A DNA stretch of 61,899 bases, the filler included. It is 5 parts of 5 records of this genome, joined end to end, with 100 filler letters (N's around TTAATTAATTAA, not from the genome) between each part and the next. Parts side by side here need not be neighbours in the genome. Positions count along the whole stretch, not along the records: positions 18,653 to 41,053 come from SRR20825019_2450; positions 41,154 to 49,045 come from SRR20825019_2452; 3 more parts are not named here. One strand, 5' to 3'. Shown here one piece after another: positions 33,459 to 43,041 of the stretch. The notes under the pieces are model-generated. The model was not told the DNA's origin. It was given only the letters and a program-made list of their open reading frames with translations, and made no database searches. The position numbers were made by a program, and so were the translations under genes. Every line of letters begins with the position of its first letter. Position 1 is the first letter of the stretch.

Positions 33459-34253
33459 ATGTACGAGTTCGAACATCACAAACCGGCCAGCGTCGCGGAT
33501 GCGGCGAGTGCCATGAAGGGCGCGGATGATGGCAAGCTGCTCGCCGGCGGCCAGACCATGATCCCGACACTGAAGCAGCGCCTTGCCAGCCCGTCCGATC
33601 TGGTCGATCTCGGCGGCATCGCGGAGCTGAAGGGCATCACGGTCAGTGGCGGCACCATTACGATCGGCGCCATGACCACCCATGCCGCGGTTGCCGCCTC
33701 GGCCGATATCAAATCCGCCCTGCCTGCTCTTGCGGAACTTGCGGACCATATCGGCGATGCCCAGGTGCGGAACCGGGGCACCATCGGCGGCTCTGTCGCG
33801 AACAATGACCCGGCGGCGGATTATCCGGCGGCCTGCCTCGCGCTCGGCGCCACAATCCACACCAGCCAGCGCGACATCCCGGCAGACGATTTCTTCACCG
33901 GTCTGTTCGAGACCGCGCTTGAGGATGACGAGATCATCACCAAGATCTCCTTTCCGGTTGCGAGCAAAGCCGCCTATGTGAAATTCCCGAACCCGGCTTC
34001 GCGCTATGCCCTGGTTGGTGTCTTCGTGGCGGACGGTCCGGCTGGTATCCGTGTTGCGGTCACCGGTGCCGGTCAGGATGGCGTGTTCCGCGTACCGGAA
34101 ATGGAAAGCGCGCTCTCAGGCAGCTTGTCCGCCGATGCCATCGCCGATGTTAAGGTTTCCGCGGATGACCTGAACGCGGATATCCATGCCAGCGCCGACT
34201 ATCGCGCGCACCTGATCACCGTGATGGCGAAACGGGCCGTCGCAAAGATCTGA
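33459..34253 (+). CDS. coxM: FAD-binding medium subunit (CoxM-like)
   Basis: LAGGQTMIP, QVRNRGTIGGS, NDPAADYP. Confidence 0.92.
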   Translation: MYEFEHHKPASVADAASAMKGADDGKLLAGGQTMIPTLKQRLASPSDLVDLGGIAELKGITVSGGTITIGAMTTHAAVAASADIKSALPALAELADHIGDAQVRNRGTIGGSVANNDPAADYPAACLALGATIHTSQRDIPADDFFTGLFETALEDDEIITKISFPVASKAAYVKFPNPASRYALVGVFVADGPAGIRVAVTGAGQDGVFRVPEMESALSGSLSADAIADVKVSADDLNADIHASADYRAHLITVMAKRAVAKI

Positions 34254-34280
34254 CAAGGCTTGCCTAAATCAAGGCGCCCC

Positions 34281-34313
34281 AAAGCCCCCGGCACAGTGCA
34301 GCCGGGGGCTTTT
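34281..34313. terminator. Bidirectional terminator between coxM and the response regulator
   Basis: AAAGCCCCCGGC...GCCGGGGGCTTTT. Confidence 0.8.
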
Positions 34314-34324
34314 CGTTTCCGGGC

Positions 34325-35290
34325 TCAGGAAGCCGGCCGGGTGCGCCGTTCGTTGTAACTGGATATCGCGCTGCTGATCTGCCCGACGAGATCGCTGGTC
34401 TGCTCGCTCGGGAAGAAAGCCTCGAGGATCGCACGCGCCAGGGGTTTCAGCAGTTCAACATCATCCGGAGCGGCTTTTTCCGGCTCCGCCGCGATCCGGC
34501 TCGACAGCTTGTGCAGCGATTTGCAGAGCTGGGACACCGGCTCGTACTTCGTGTTCTCAAGCCGTTGAACCGCTTCCCCGCTCATTGAGGCCAGACGGTT
34601 CAGGTTAGTGGTCAGTTCCAGGTCGAACTCTCCCACACCGAATTCCGGCAGAATGAGATCGACCAGGAAGGAAATCTGAAAGCCGATGCGGCGCAGTTTT
34701 TCTTCCGTGATTTCGGTATTGCTCTTCGCAATCTGCTGCCGGAGAGTCGTCGAATCGATTTTCTCTCCATCCTGATGCATACGAAGGGTATTCGGCGGCT
34801 GAAATGTCGGAATATCACTCTTCCGGCTCGGATCCCGCCGCCGTTCCGGTCCGACATAGTCACTGGTCACGATGAACGGTTTACGATCAGTGATCATTTT
34901 CTGGATACGTTCAAGCAACTGCCCTGTCGAATAGGGAGCAACGATCAAGTCATCCACACCGCTATTGATCGCAGCTCGAACAGAATCCGGATCATTCGCC
35001 CACGTCGTCATGATCGTGACGACAAAGGGGTTCTCTCCCAGATCGCCGCTCCGGATATCTTTCACGGTCTGGATCCCGGCACCGTCATCCAATTCGTGAT
35101 CTGCGACAATCAGATCCGGAATCCCGGATTGCGCCCAACGGCGCAATTCGTCATCGGAACGGATCCATTCTGTATTGAGATAGCCAAGACTCATCAGCTC
35201 GGAGCGAACCGGAAGCAAGACCTGCCGATTTTTACCACAGAGCGCGATACGAATTCGCCCCAGGTCCGCCTTTGCCGCATCTTTGCTCAT
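34325..35290 (-). CDS. Response regulator receiver-domain protein with uncharacterised helical C-terminus
   Basis: PDLIVAD, AINSGVDDLIVAP receiver fold, then PFIVTSDYVGPERRR linker. Confidence 0.75.
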   Translation of the reverse strand: MSKDAAKADLGRIRIALCGKNRQVLLPVRSELMSLGYLNTEWIRSDDELRRWAQSGIPDLIVADHELDDGAGIQTVKDIRSGDLGENPFVVTIMTTWANDPDSVRAAINSGVDDLIVAPYSTGQLLERIQKMITDRKPFIVTSDYVGPERRRDPSRKSDIPTFQPPNTLRMHQDGEKIDSTTLRQQIAKSNTEITEEKLRRIGFQISFLVDLILPEFGVGEFDLELTTNLNRLASMSGEAVQRLENTKYEPVSQLCKSLHKLSSRIAAEPEKAAPDDVELLKPLARAILEAFFPSEQTSDLVGQISSAISSYNERRTRPAS

Positions 35291-35409
35291 AGACTACCTA
35301 TCGACACAGTGCCGCACCGAGTTGCCGTCCACTGATTTCGGCATATTACGCAGAAATCAGCTCGAATTATCGTGCATTTGTGTACCCCATGGTGCGTCCG
35401 CGTCAAACT

Positions 35410-36216
35410 TTACTGAAAACAGCCCAGAAATCCGCCAATCAAATCAATCTGTTTATCCAGCATGTGCCGGCCAAACTGAACTTTGCAGCCATTGGCCAAA
35501 GCTGATTCGAGAAGGCGCGTACGCTCCGGAATCATGATGATCTCAGCCACAAGCAAACCCGGCTGGAGAAACTTTTCCTCAATCGGCAGCGGGTCGCTGT
35601 CATGCAATCCGGCCGACGTGGTGTTGACCACGATCTCGCAACCATCGGGATCCGCTGCTCCGACCGAAACAGGAACCTCCGGATAAGCGGCGGCAACAGC
35701 CGTAGCCAGCTCCTCGGCCTTTGCCCGCGTCCTGTTATGGATGACGAGCCTGGAGACACCGGCATCGGCCAGGGCGAAGGCAATGGCCCGCCCTGCTCCA
35801 CCCGCCCCCAGTTGCAGTACGGAACGCCCGGTGACCTCATGCCCTTCAGCACGCATGCCGGCGACAAATCCCGCACCGTCGAAATTATCCCCGATCATCC
35901 GGCGATCTTCGTCGAACCGGACGACATTGACCGCCCCCAGAAGTTTTCCCTGCCGGCCGACCTCGTCACAGAGCTCCATAATCGTAAGCTTGTGCGGAAC
36001 GGTAACCGCAAGCCCGCCAAAGTTTGGCTGCGCCTTCAATCCATCAAGCACAGCCTCCAGCCGGTCAGCCGGGGCATGCACGGGTACCATAACGGCATCC
36101 GTGCATCTGGCCTCGAACAAGGGGTTGAAGACGATTGGTGCGCGGACGTGGGCGATCGGATCGGCAATCACACCGTAAACACGGGTCGTGCCGGTAATAT
36201 CAAGTGTCGCGGGCAT
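35410..36216 (-). CDS. Shikimate/quinate dehydrogenase family protein (AroE-like)
   Basis: DPIAHVRAP, VTVPHK, GAVN, GDNFDGAGF, GAGGAGRA, VNTTSAG. Confidence 0.88.
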   Translation of the reverse strand: MPATLDITGTTRVYGVIADPIAHVRAPIVFNPLFEARCTDAVMVPVHAPADRLEAVLDGLKAQPNFGGLAVTVPHKLTIMELCDEVGRQGKLLGAVNVVRFDEDRRMIGDNFDGAGFVAGMRAEGHEVTGRSVLQLGAGGAGRAIAFALADAGVSRLVIHNRTRAKAEELATAVAAAYPEVPVSVGAADPDGCEIVVNTTSAGLHDSDPLPIEEKFLQPGLLVAEIIMIPERTRLLESALANGCKVQFGRHMLDKQIDLIGGFLGCFQ

Positions 36217-36221
36217 ATGAT

Positions 36222-37160
36222 CTAGAACTTCACCATGTCGCCACCCTTGAGCGCCAGCATCTCCCGGGCTTCCGCCGGAGTGGCGACCTCAAGCGACAGA
36301 TCCTCGACAATGCGCCGGATCTTGGCCACCTGATCCGCGTTGCTCTCGGCCAGCTTGCCCTTGGAGATGAACAGGCTGTCCTCCAGACCGACACGGACAT
36401 TGCCGCCAAGCATCGCCGCCATGGTGCAGAAGTTCATCTGGTGGCGGCCCGCGGCCAGCACGGACCATTCGTAATCGTCGCCGAACAGCTTGTTGGCGAT
36501 CCGGCGCATGTGCATGAGGTTTTCCTCATCCGCACCAATGCCGCCCAGAATACCGAAGATCGTCTGCACGAAGAAGGGCGGCTTCACCAGACCACGATCC
36601 GCGAAATGCGCCAGCGTATAAAGATGGCCGACATCGTAGCACTCGAACTCGAAGCGCACGCCATGGCCCTCTCCAAGTTCCTTAAGGATGTACTCGATAT
36701 CCTTGAATGTATTACGGAAAATGAAGTCGCGTGAATTCTCGAGGAACTGTGGCTCCCACGGATGCTGGAAGTCCTTCATCTTGTCGAGGATCGGAAACAG
36801 GCCGAAATTCATCGACCCCATATTGAGCGACGTCATCTCCGGGCTGGCTGTGAACGCAGCTGCCAGGCGCTCTTCCAGGCTCATACCGTGCCCGCCACCC
36901 GTGGTGATGTTCACGACCGCATCGCAGGACTGTTTGATCCGCGGCAGGAACTTCATATACATGTCCGGATCCGGCGTCGGGCTGCCGTCTTCAGGGTTGC
37001 GGGCATGTAGATGCAGGATGGACGCCCCGGCTTCCGCAGCCGCAATCGCATCGGCCGCAATCTGGTCCGGCGTGATCGGCAGATGCGGGCTCATCGTCGG
37101 TGTGTGAATTGAGCCAGTCACCGCACAGGTGATGATCACTTTCTTGCTTGCCGGCGCCAT
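36222..37160 (-). CDS. Beta-keto acid cleavage enzyme (BKACE/Kce, DUF849)
   Basis: IITCAVTG, GASILHLHAR, SLNMGSMNF, EFECYD, GGNVRVGLEDS. Confidence 0.92.
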   Translation of the reverse strand: MAPASKKVIITCAVTGSIHTPTMSPHLPITPDQIAADAIAAAEAGASILHLHARNPEDGSPTPDPDMYMKFLPRIKQSCDAVVNITTGGGHGMSLEERLAAAFTASPEMTSLNMGSMNFGLFPILDKMKDFQHPWEPQFLENSRDFIFRNTFKDIEYILKELGEGHGVRFEFECYDVGHLYTLAHFADRGLVKPPFFVQTIFGILGGIGADEENLMHMRRIANKLFGDDYEWSVLAAGRHQMNFCTMAAMLGGNVRVGLEDSLFISKGKLAESNADQVAKIRRIVEDLSLEVATPAEAREMLALKGGDMVKF

Positions 37161-37346
37161 TGCTTCCTCCAAATTTTTTCAATTCGTTTAACTGCTTGGA
37201 GGCTACTCCCCGCATCCGCCGTTTAAAAGAGCCTGTCGGAAAAAATAGTTTATTCGCAGCAACCGCGACGGATTTCATATCGGCTCCCGTTTTATGGATA
37301 TCCCCGTTCAATGGAGACGGGACAGTCCAGCAAAGGAACTGACGAA

Positions 37347-37838
37347 ATGAAGAAGTTTTTTGCGGCCGCCTTGCTCGGCACCATCGCCCTCACCCCGGCG
37401 CTTGCTTATAGCGAAGGCATGAAAGGCAGACATGGCGGCGAAGAATTCAAGGCGCAGATGCTCGAGCGCTTCAAAGCGGCCGATCAAAACGGCGACGAGA
37501 AGCTGACCAAAGCCGAGATCTACCAGTCCCGCGGCAAGCGTGCAGCCGAGATCGACACCAACAATGACGGTGTGATCGACGCCGAGGAAATGGATGCCGC
37601 CCGCAAGGAAATGCGCCTGAAGCGTCAACAGCGCATGCTGAACCGGATGGACACGGATGGAGACGGTGTGGTCAGCGCCGACGAGTTCGCCCGCTCCGGC
37701 ACCAGGATGATGCAGCATATGGATCGCGATCACGATGGTGTCGTCACCATGGAAGAAGCCACGACCCCGCCGATGAAAAAGCATGGCAAGAAAGGGGCGG
37801 ACGGCAAGCACGGTGGCAAAATGGAATGCCCGCGCTAA
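37347..37838 (+). CDS. Secreted multi-EF-hand protein
   Basis: Signal peptide; four loops DQNGDEKLTKAE, DTNNDGVIDAEE, DTDGDGVVSADE, DRDHDGVVTMEE. Confidence 0.88.
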   Translation: MKKFFAAALLGTIALTPALAYSEGMKGRHGGEEFKAQMLERFKAADQNGDEKLTKAEIYQSRGKRAAEIDTNNDGVIDAEEMDAARKEMRLKRQQRMLNRMDTDGDGVVSADEFARSGTRMMQHMDRDHDGVVTMEEATTPPMKKHGKKGADGKHGGKMECPR

Positions 37839-37873
37839 ACTTGTGACAGCGGTTCGTGGAATCAGGAATGTGC

Positions 37874-38443
37874 ATGATCGAGTCTGATAATGAGCTGCTT
37901 TGTCTCGTCGCCAATGGCGGCGAGACAGCCTTCGACAGACTCGTATTGCGCCATCAAAGGCCGATTTCCGCCTTTGCCTACCGCATGCTCGGGAACAAGA
38001 GCGATGCCGAGGAAATCTCGCAAGAGACCTTCGGCCGCGTCTGGTCCCACGCACCCCGGTGGAATCCGGACGGTAAGGCAAAGTCCTGGATCTACAGAAT
38101 CGCCCATAATCTCTGTATTGATCGCTTGAGGGCCCGGCGCCCGACGGTCGATATCGCTGATCAGGAAATCGAGGATGATACTCCCGGTCCTGAACAGACC
38201 CTCGCCCGGAAAAGAACGGAGACGAGCGTGCGTAATGCGGTGGATCTTCTGCCGGAGCGCCAGAGAATCGCGATCTCGCTGTTCCATCTCAAGGATATGA
38301 CGGCCGACGAGGCCGCGGAAACGATGGATATCAGTATAGATGCTCTGGAATCATTGCTCCGGCGAGCACGGAAGAAACTGAAAGAGATCATGCAGGACCA
38401 ACAGTCCGGCACATTTGAAACAGCGGCTGTCGGAGAACACTGA
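37874..38443 (+). CDS. ECF RNA polymerase sigma-70 factor
   Basis: AFDRLVLRH, DAEEISQETF, SWIYRIAHNLCIDRLR, LPERQRIAI, ESLLRRARKKL. Confidence 0.92.
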   Translation: MIESDNELLCLVANGGETAFDRLVLRHQRPISAFAYRMLGNKSDAEEISQETFGRVWSHAPRWNPDGKAKSWIYRIAHNLCIDRLRARRPTVDIADQEIEDDTPGPEQTLARKRTETSVRNAVDLLPERQRIAISLFHLKDMTADEAAETMDISIDALESLLRRARKKLKEIMQDQQSGTFETAAVGEH

Positions 38444-38883
38444 TGACAAGCATGAGCGAAGCACGATTCAGGGAACTGGCGGATGCTTTTGGGAGCGATC
38501 CGTCCAAATGGCCCGAGCGGGAACGCCCCATGGCCCTCCAGCTTCTGGAGGCTCATCCGGCGCTCCACGACATCCTCGACGACGCCGCGTCTCTGGATTT
38601 CGAACTCGATGCCATGATGGCCACTCCGGAAATAGCCCTTGCCCCGTCGCCAGCCGAAGTCCGCGCGCCGGCAAGCCTGAACCTGAAAGGGCTGCTGAAC
38701 ACATTGTGGCCGTTCGGTGGTTTGTGGCAGCCCGCAGCGGGTCTTGTCGCCGCAAGCGCGGCCGGTTTCATCGTCGGCATGACCTTCACGGACCTGCCGG
38801 CGGAGACAACCACGACCGTGAGTGATCAAGTTACGATAGTTGAACGTGCGCTGGGCGCGGACGTTGAGGAGAATTTCCTATGA
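38443..38883 (+). CDS. Putative single-pass anti-sigma factor
   Basis: Coupled to the sigma gene; RFRELADAFGSDPSKWP N-terminus, one TM helix. Confidence 0.65.
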   Translation: MTSMSEARFRELADAFGSDPSKWPERERPMALQLLEAHPALHDILDDAASLDFELDAMMATPEIALAPSPAEVRAPASLNLKGLLNTLWPFGGLWQPAAGLVAASAAGFIVGMTFTDLPAETTTTVSDQVTIVERALGADVEENFL

Positions 38884-39338
38884 CCTGGACCCGGACACGC
38901 ACTCTCGCGCTGGTTCTGTTCGCATCGGTTGCCCTGAACCTGTTTTTCGCGGGAATCATGGTTGGCCGCTTTGATCGCTGGCACGGCGGGCCTAAAGGGC
39001 CGAGCCATGGACCATCAATGACCCGGATGATCGAAAAGGCCCTCGGGGACAGCCTGACGCCGGAACTCCAGAAGAGGTTGAAAGCCCATTCCGCAGCCAT
39101 GCGGGAGACCCGCCGGAGCACCCACGCCAATCGGGACGCCATTCGGGACGCGCTTTTGCAGGAGCCATTCGACAGAACGGCCTATCTTCAGGCTCTTGAA
39201 TCCATGAACGAGGTCTTCGACCTGATGCGGACGGAAACCCACTCCTTCATGATCGATATCGTCGAGCAGATGACGCCGGAACAACGGCGCAAGCTCGTGA
39301 AATCCCTCGGCAGACACCGGAAGGATGATGACGACTAG
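38880..39338 (+). CDS. Periplasmic heavy-metal sensor / Spy-CpxP-like protein
   Basis: SVALNLFFAG anchor, helical Arg/Met-rich body, C-terminal MTPEQR (LTxEQ-like) motif. Confidence 0.75.
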   Translation: MTWTRTRTLALVLFASVALNLFFAGIMVGRFDRWHGGPKGPSHGPSMTRMIEKALGDSLTPELQKRLKAHSAAMRETRRSTHANRDAIRDALLQEPFDRTAYLQALESMNEVFDLMRTETHSFMIDIVEQMTPEQRRKLVKSLGRHRKDDDD

Positions 39339-39421
39339 GCCTTGTTGTTCAGACGGCGGCCAATGGACCCGGTCCAAAGGCCACCCCTGAAGCAAGTAGG
39401 TGAATACGGGAAGGCGCGAGC

Positions 39422-41053
39422 TCAGCTGGCCTTTTCGAGAGCGGCCTTCCGGATCGCCGAAAGCGTGGTTTTCGGTGTAATCGCCTCCGGGTCGATCTTC
39501 ACCTCGATGACAGTCGACTTGTCCGACGCCAGGGCCCGTTCGAAAGCGGGCTTGAATTCCGATGTTTCCAGAACCGTCTCTCCGTTCGCGCCATAGGCTT
39601 TTGCCAAAGCCGCGAAATCCGGGTTCTGCAGGTCGGTATGCTTCACCCGGCCCGGGAACTCACGCTCCTGATGCATGCGGATAGTGCCGTACATGTTGTT
39701 GTTGATCACGATCGCGATGATCTTGGCGCCGTGTTGCATGGCGGTTGCCAGTTCCTGGCCATGCATCATGAAGCAGCCATCTCCATTCATCGAGACGACC
39801 ACGCGATCAGGGTGCACCAGCGCCGCCGCCACGGCAGCAGGCAAACCGTAGCCCATGGAGCCGCTGGTCGGAGCAAGCTGCGTGCGGTAGCCGCGATATT
39901 GGTAATAGCGGTGCATCCAGTTGGCGTAGTTACCCGCACCGTTGGTGATGATCGCATCGTCCGGCAGCGTGGCGTTCAGCCAGGCGGCAATCTCGCCCAT
40001 CTGCACATCGCCCGGAACCGGCAGAGGCTCCAGTGTGGCAAGATAATCGGCGTGACCCTGGGCAATACTCTTCGAGCGGCTGCCGCCATCGACCGGTTTC
40101 ATCGCCTCCAGAGCCTCGGCAAAGGCCCGGGGACCGGAATTGATCATCATGTCGGCCTGATAGACCCGGCCAAGCTCTTCCGCACTGCCATGAATATGCA
40201 CCAGCGTCTGTTTCGGACGCGGAATGTCGAACATGGTGTAGCCGCCAGTGGTCATCTCGCCCAGCCGGGTGCCGAGCGCAATCACCATGTCGCTGTCCTG
40301 AATACGGGCAGCGAGAGACGGATCAATGCCGATCCCGACATGGCCGACATAATTCGGATGCCGGTTGTCAAAATAATCCTGACAGCGGAAGGATGCACCG
40401 ACCGGAACGCCGTTGGCGACCGCGAATTGTTCGATCCGCTCGCACGCCTGACGATCCCAGCCGCCGCCGCCGACGATCATGATCGGCCGCTCTGCCTTGT
40501 CCAGCATGGACCGGAAATCGGCCATCTGCTGCTGACCCGGATGCGGCTCGACCGGCACATAGGGCGCGATACCCGCCACGTCCGCATAATCCATCAGCAT
40601 GTCTTCGGGCAGAGCCAGAACCACCGGCCCCGGGCGGCCCGAAACAGCCGTGTGAAATGCCCGGCTGATATATTCAGGAATGCGCGCCGCATCGTCGATC
40701 TGCGCCACCCATTTCGCCATCTGGCCGAACATCCGGCGATAGTCGATTTCCTGGAACGCCTCGCGCTCCACCATCCAGCGCGCCACCTGACCAACCAGCA
40801 GCACCATCGGCGTCGAATCCTGAAAGGCGACATGCACGCCCGCGCTGGCATTGGTCGCGCCGGGACCGCGGGTCACCATGCAGACGCCGGGACGGCCGGT
40901 CAGCTTGCCATAGGCATCGGCCATCATGGCCGCGCCACCTTCCTGGCGGCACATCACGGTGCGGATACCGTTCCGTTCCTGCAGGCCGTCGATGACGGCG
41001 AGATAGCTCTCACCAGGCACGCCGAAGACGAGGTCTACCCCCTCCTCAACCAG
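39422..41053 (-). CDS. TPP-binding enzyme (acetolactate synthase large subunit family), 5' truncated
   Basis: FGVPGESYL, CRQEGGAAMMA, TRGPGATN, GSMGYGLPAA, GDGCFMM...NNNMYGTIR. Confidence 0.9.
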   Translation of the reverse strand: MVEEGVDLVFGVPGESYLAVIDGLQERNGIRTVMCRQEGGAAMMADAYGKLTGRPGVCMVTRGPGATNASAGVHVAFQDSTPMVLLVGQVARWMVEREAFQEIDYRRMFGQMAKWVAQIDDAARIPEYISRAFHTAVSGRPGPVVLALPEDMLMDYADVAGIAPYVPVEPHPGQQQMADFRSMLDKAERPIMIVGGGGWDRQACERIEQFAVANGVPVGASFRCQDYFDNRHPNYVGHVGIGIDPSLAARIQDSDMVIALGTRLGEMTTGGYTMFDIPRPKQTLVHIHGSAEELGRVYQADMMINSGPRAFAEALEAMKPVDGGSRSKSIAQGHADYLATLEPLPVPGDVQMGEIAAWLNATLPDDAIITNGAGNYANWMHRYYQYRGYRTQLAPTSGSMGYGLPAAVAAALVHPDRVVVSMNGDGCFMMHGQELATAMQHGAKIIAIVINNNMYGTIRMHQEREFPGRVKHTDLQNPDFAALAKAYGANGETVLETSEFKPAFERALASDKSTVIEVKIDPEAITPKTTLSAIRKAALEKAS

Positions 41054-41153
41054 NNNNNNNNNNNNNNNNNNNNNNNNNNNNNNNNNNNNNNNNNNNNTTA
41101 ATTAATTAANNNNNNNNNNNNNNNNNNNNNNNNNNNNNNNNNNNNNNNNNNNN
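41054..41153. other. Artificial contig spacer
   Basis: N44-TTAATTAATTAA-N44. Confidence 0.98.
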
Positions 41154-41914
41154 AACGGGTCGCGCCGGCTGACGGGCAGGAAATCCTGAACATGCGCGGT
41201 ACCGGCCACCCGAACCGCGCGGGGCGCGTCATGCGCTGAACCAAGGCTGAGCACGAGGGCCGCCGCGCCGTCCGAGACCGGTGAGCAATCCGTGCGGCGG
41301 AGCGGGCCGGCGACGAGCGGGTTTTCGGGGCTCACGCCACGGCAGAACGCCAGCCCCAGATCTTTTTGAAGATGCGCCAGCGGGTTGTCGGCGCCGTTGC
41401 GATGGTTCTTGGCCGCAATCGCGGCCAGGGCGTCGGACTGGTCGCCATGGCGGGCGAAATATTGCGCGGCGACCTGGCCGAACAGTCCGGCAAAACCACC
41501 CGCGACCCCGCCTTCCTCTTCAAGATAGGCCGCTCGCAGCAGGTTTTGTCCGACCTCGGGGCTGGTGACGCCGCTCATCCGTTCGGCCCCCACGACCAGC
41601 ACCTTGCCGGCCTGTCCTGCCTTGATCGCGCGGATGCCTGCCTGGACCGCTGCAGACCCCGACGCGCAGGCGTTCTCGACCCGCGTCGCTGGCCGGAAAC
41701 GCAGGGCAGGATCGGCCTGCAGGACCAGTGCCGCCGTGAAATCCTGCGCCGAGAAGCCGGCGTTGAAATGGCCCAGCACGATTTCGTCGATCTCCTCCGC
41801 CGGCGTTTCGGCGTGCGCCAGGGCTTGCGTCACCGCCTCGACAATCAGCGCTTCCAGCGTCAAGGCGCTGCGCCCGAACCGGGTATGGCCCCAGCCAATG
41901 ATCTCGACACTCAT
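41154..41914 (-). CDS. Thiolase-family protein (SCP2-thiolase-like), 3' truncated
   Basis: IIGWGHTRFG, TRVENACASGSAA, AAKNHRNG, DCSPVSDGAAA; start MSVEII at 41914 after GGGAGA. Confidence 0.85.
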
Positions 41915-41941
41915 GTGGATTCTCCCTCTTGTTGCCACCAT

Positions 41942-41955
41942 AATGTACGGACATT
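41942..41955. promoter_or_regulatory. Putative GntR-family operator 1
   Basis: Palindrome AATGT-ACGG-ACATT in the divergent thiolase/MDR promoter region. Confidence 0.7.
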
Positions 41956-42021
41956 TAAATTGACAAGCGCTATTTTCTGTCCGAGCATCACGGCAACAAA
42001 CCATAGCCCCGGCAGGAAGAC

Positions 42022-43041
42022 ATGAAGAGCTACAGAACTGATGGAAGCGGCAGACCAGACGGAATCACGCTCGCCGACGTCGAGATTCCGCGCCCGGGGC
42101 CGGGCGAGATTGCGGTCCGCATGCGTGCTGTGTCGTTGAACTATCTCGATCTCAAGGTCATTGCCGGAACCTTCCCCGGCGGCCGGTCGGGGCTGGTCCC
42201 GCTCTCTGACGGCGCGGGCGAGGTGTTGGAGGTCGGCCCGGCCGTTTCAGCCTGGACGACGGGCGACCGGGTTGTGACAACCTTCTTCCCGCGTTGGCAG
42301 GCCGGCCGGATCTCGGAGAGCGCGCGCTCGGTCATACCGGGGTCAACGGTGGACGGGATGCTGCAGGACGTGGTGATTCTGCGCGACGACGCGGTGGTCG
42401 CGGCACCGGCACATCTCGACTGGGGACAGGCGGCGTGCCTGCCCTGTGCGGGTTTGACCGGGTGGCAACTTCTAACCGGCGCGCGTCCTGTGCTGCCCGG
42501 GGAGGTCGTGCTGGTGCAGGGAACCGGCGGCGTTTCGCTCTTTGCGCTGCAATTTGCGCGCGCTGCCGGGGCGCGGGTCATTGCCACCAGTTCGTCGCCC
42601 GCAAAGTCGGAGCGTCTGCGCGCGATGGGGGCTGAAACGGTAATCGACTACCGGCAAACACCCGACTGGGGCGACGCGGTGAAGCGCGCCACAGCGGGGC
42701 ACGGCGCCGACCACATCATCGAGATTGGCGAGGCAGGGACGCTTGAGCAATCGATCCGGGCCGCCGCGGTTGGCGCGCAGATCAACCTGATCGGCAGGCC
42801 GGTTGATGCGCCGAAAGTTGATCCGGCGATCCTGATGCTGGCGATGGGCGCGACCTATCGGCGGATCGCTGTGGGAAGTCGCGCCGATTTCGAGGCAATG
42901 AATCGGGCGCTCTCGGCCTTGCGGATCGAGCCGGTTGTCGACCGTCGCTTCGGGCCTGACAAGATTTCCGAGGCGTTGCGATATGGCGCCGAGCGCGGGC
43001 AGTTTGGCAAAATTGTCATTCATCTGCATGAGGATGTGTAG
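42022..43041 (+). CDS. MDR-family (alcohol dehydrogenase-like/quinone reductase) oxidoreductase
   Basis: AVSLNYLD, PLSDGAGEV, LPCAGLTGW, QGTGGVSLFALQFA, GQFGKIVI. Confidence 0.88.
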   Translation: MKSYRTDGSGRPDGITLADVEIPRPGPGEIAVRMRAVSLNYLDLKVIAGTFPGGRSGLVPLSDGAGEVLEVGPAVSAWTTGDRVVTTFFPRWQAGRISESARSVIPGSTVDGMLQDVVILRDDAVVAAPAHLDWGQAACLPCAGLTGWQLLTGARPVLPGEVVLVQGTGGVSLFALQFARAAGARVIATSSSPAKSERLRAMGAETVIDYRQTPDWGDAVKRATAGHGADHIIEIGEAGTLEQSIRAAAVGAQINLIGRPVDAPKVDPAILMLAMGATYRRIAVGSRADFEAMNRALSALRIEPVVDRRFGPDKISEALRYGAERGQFGKIVIHLHEDV

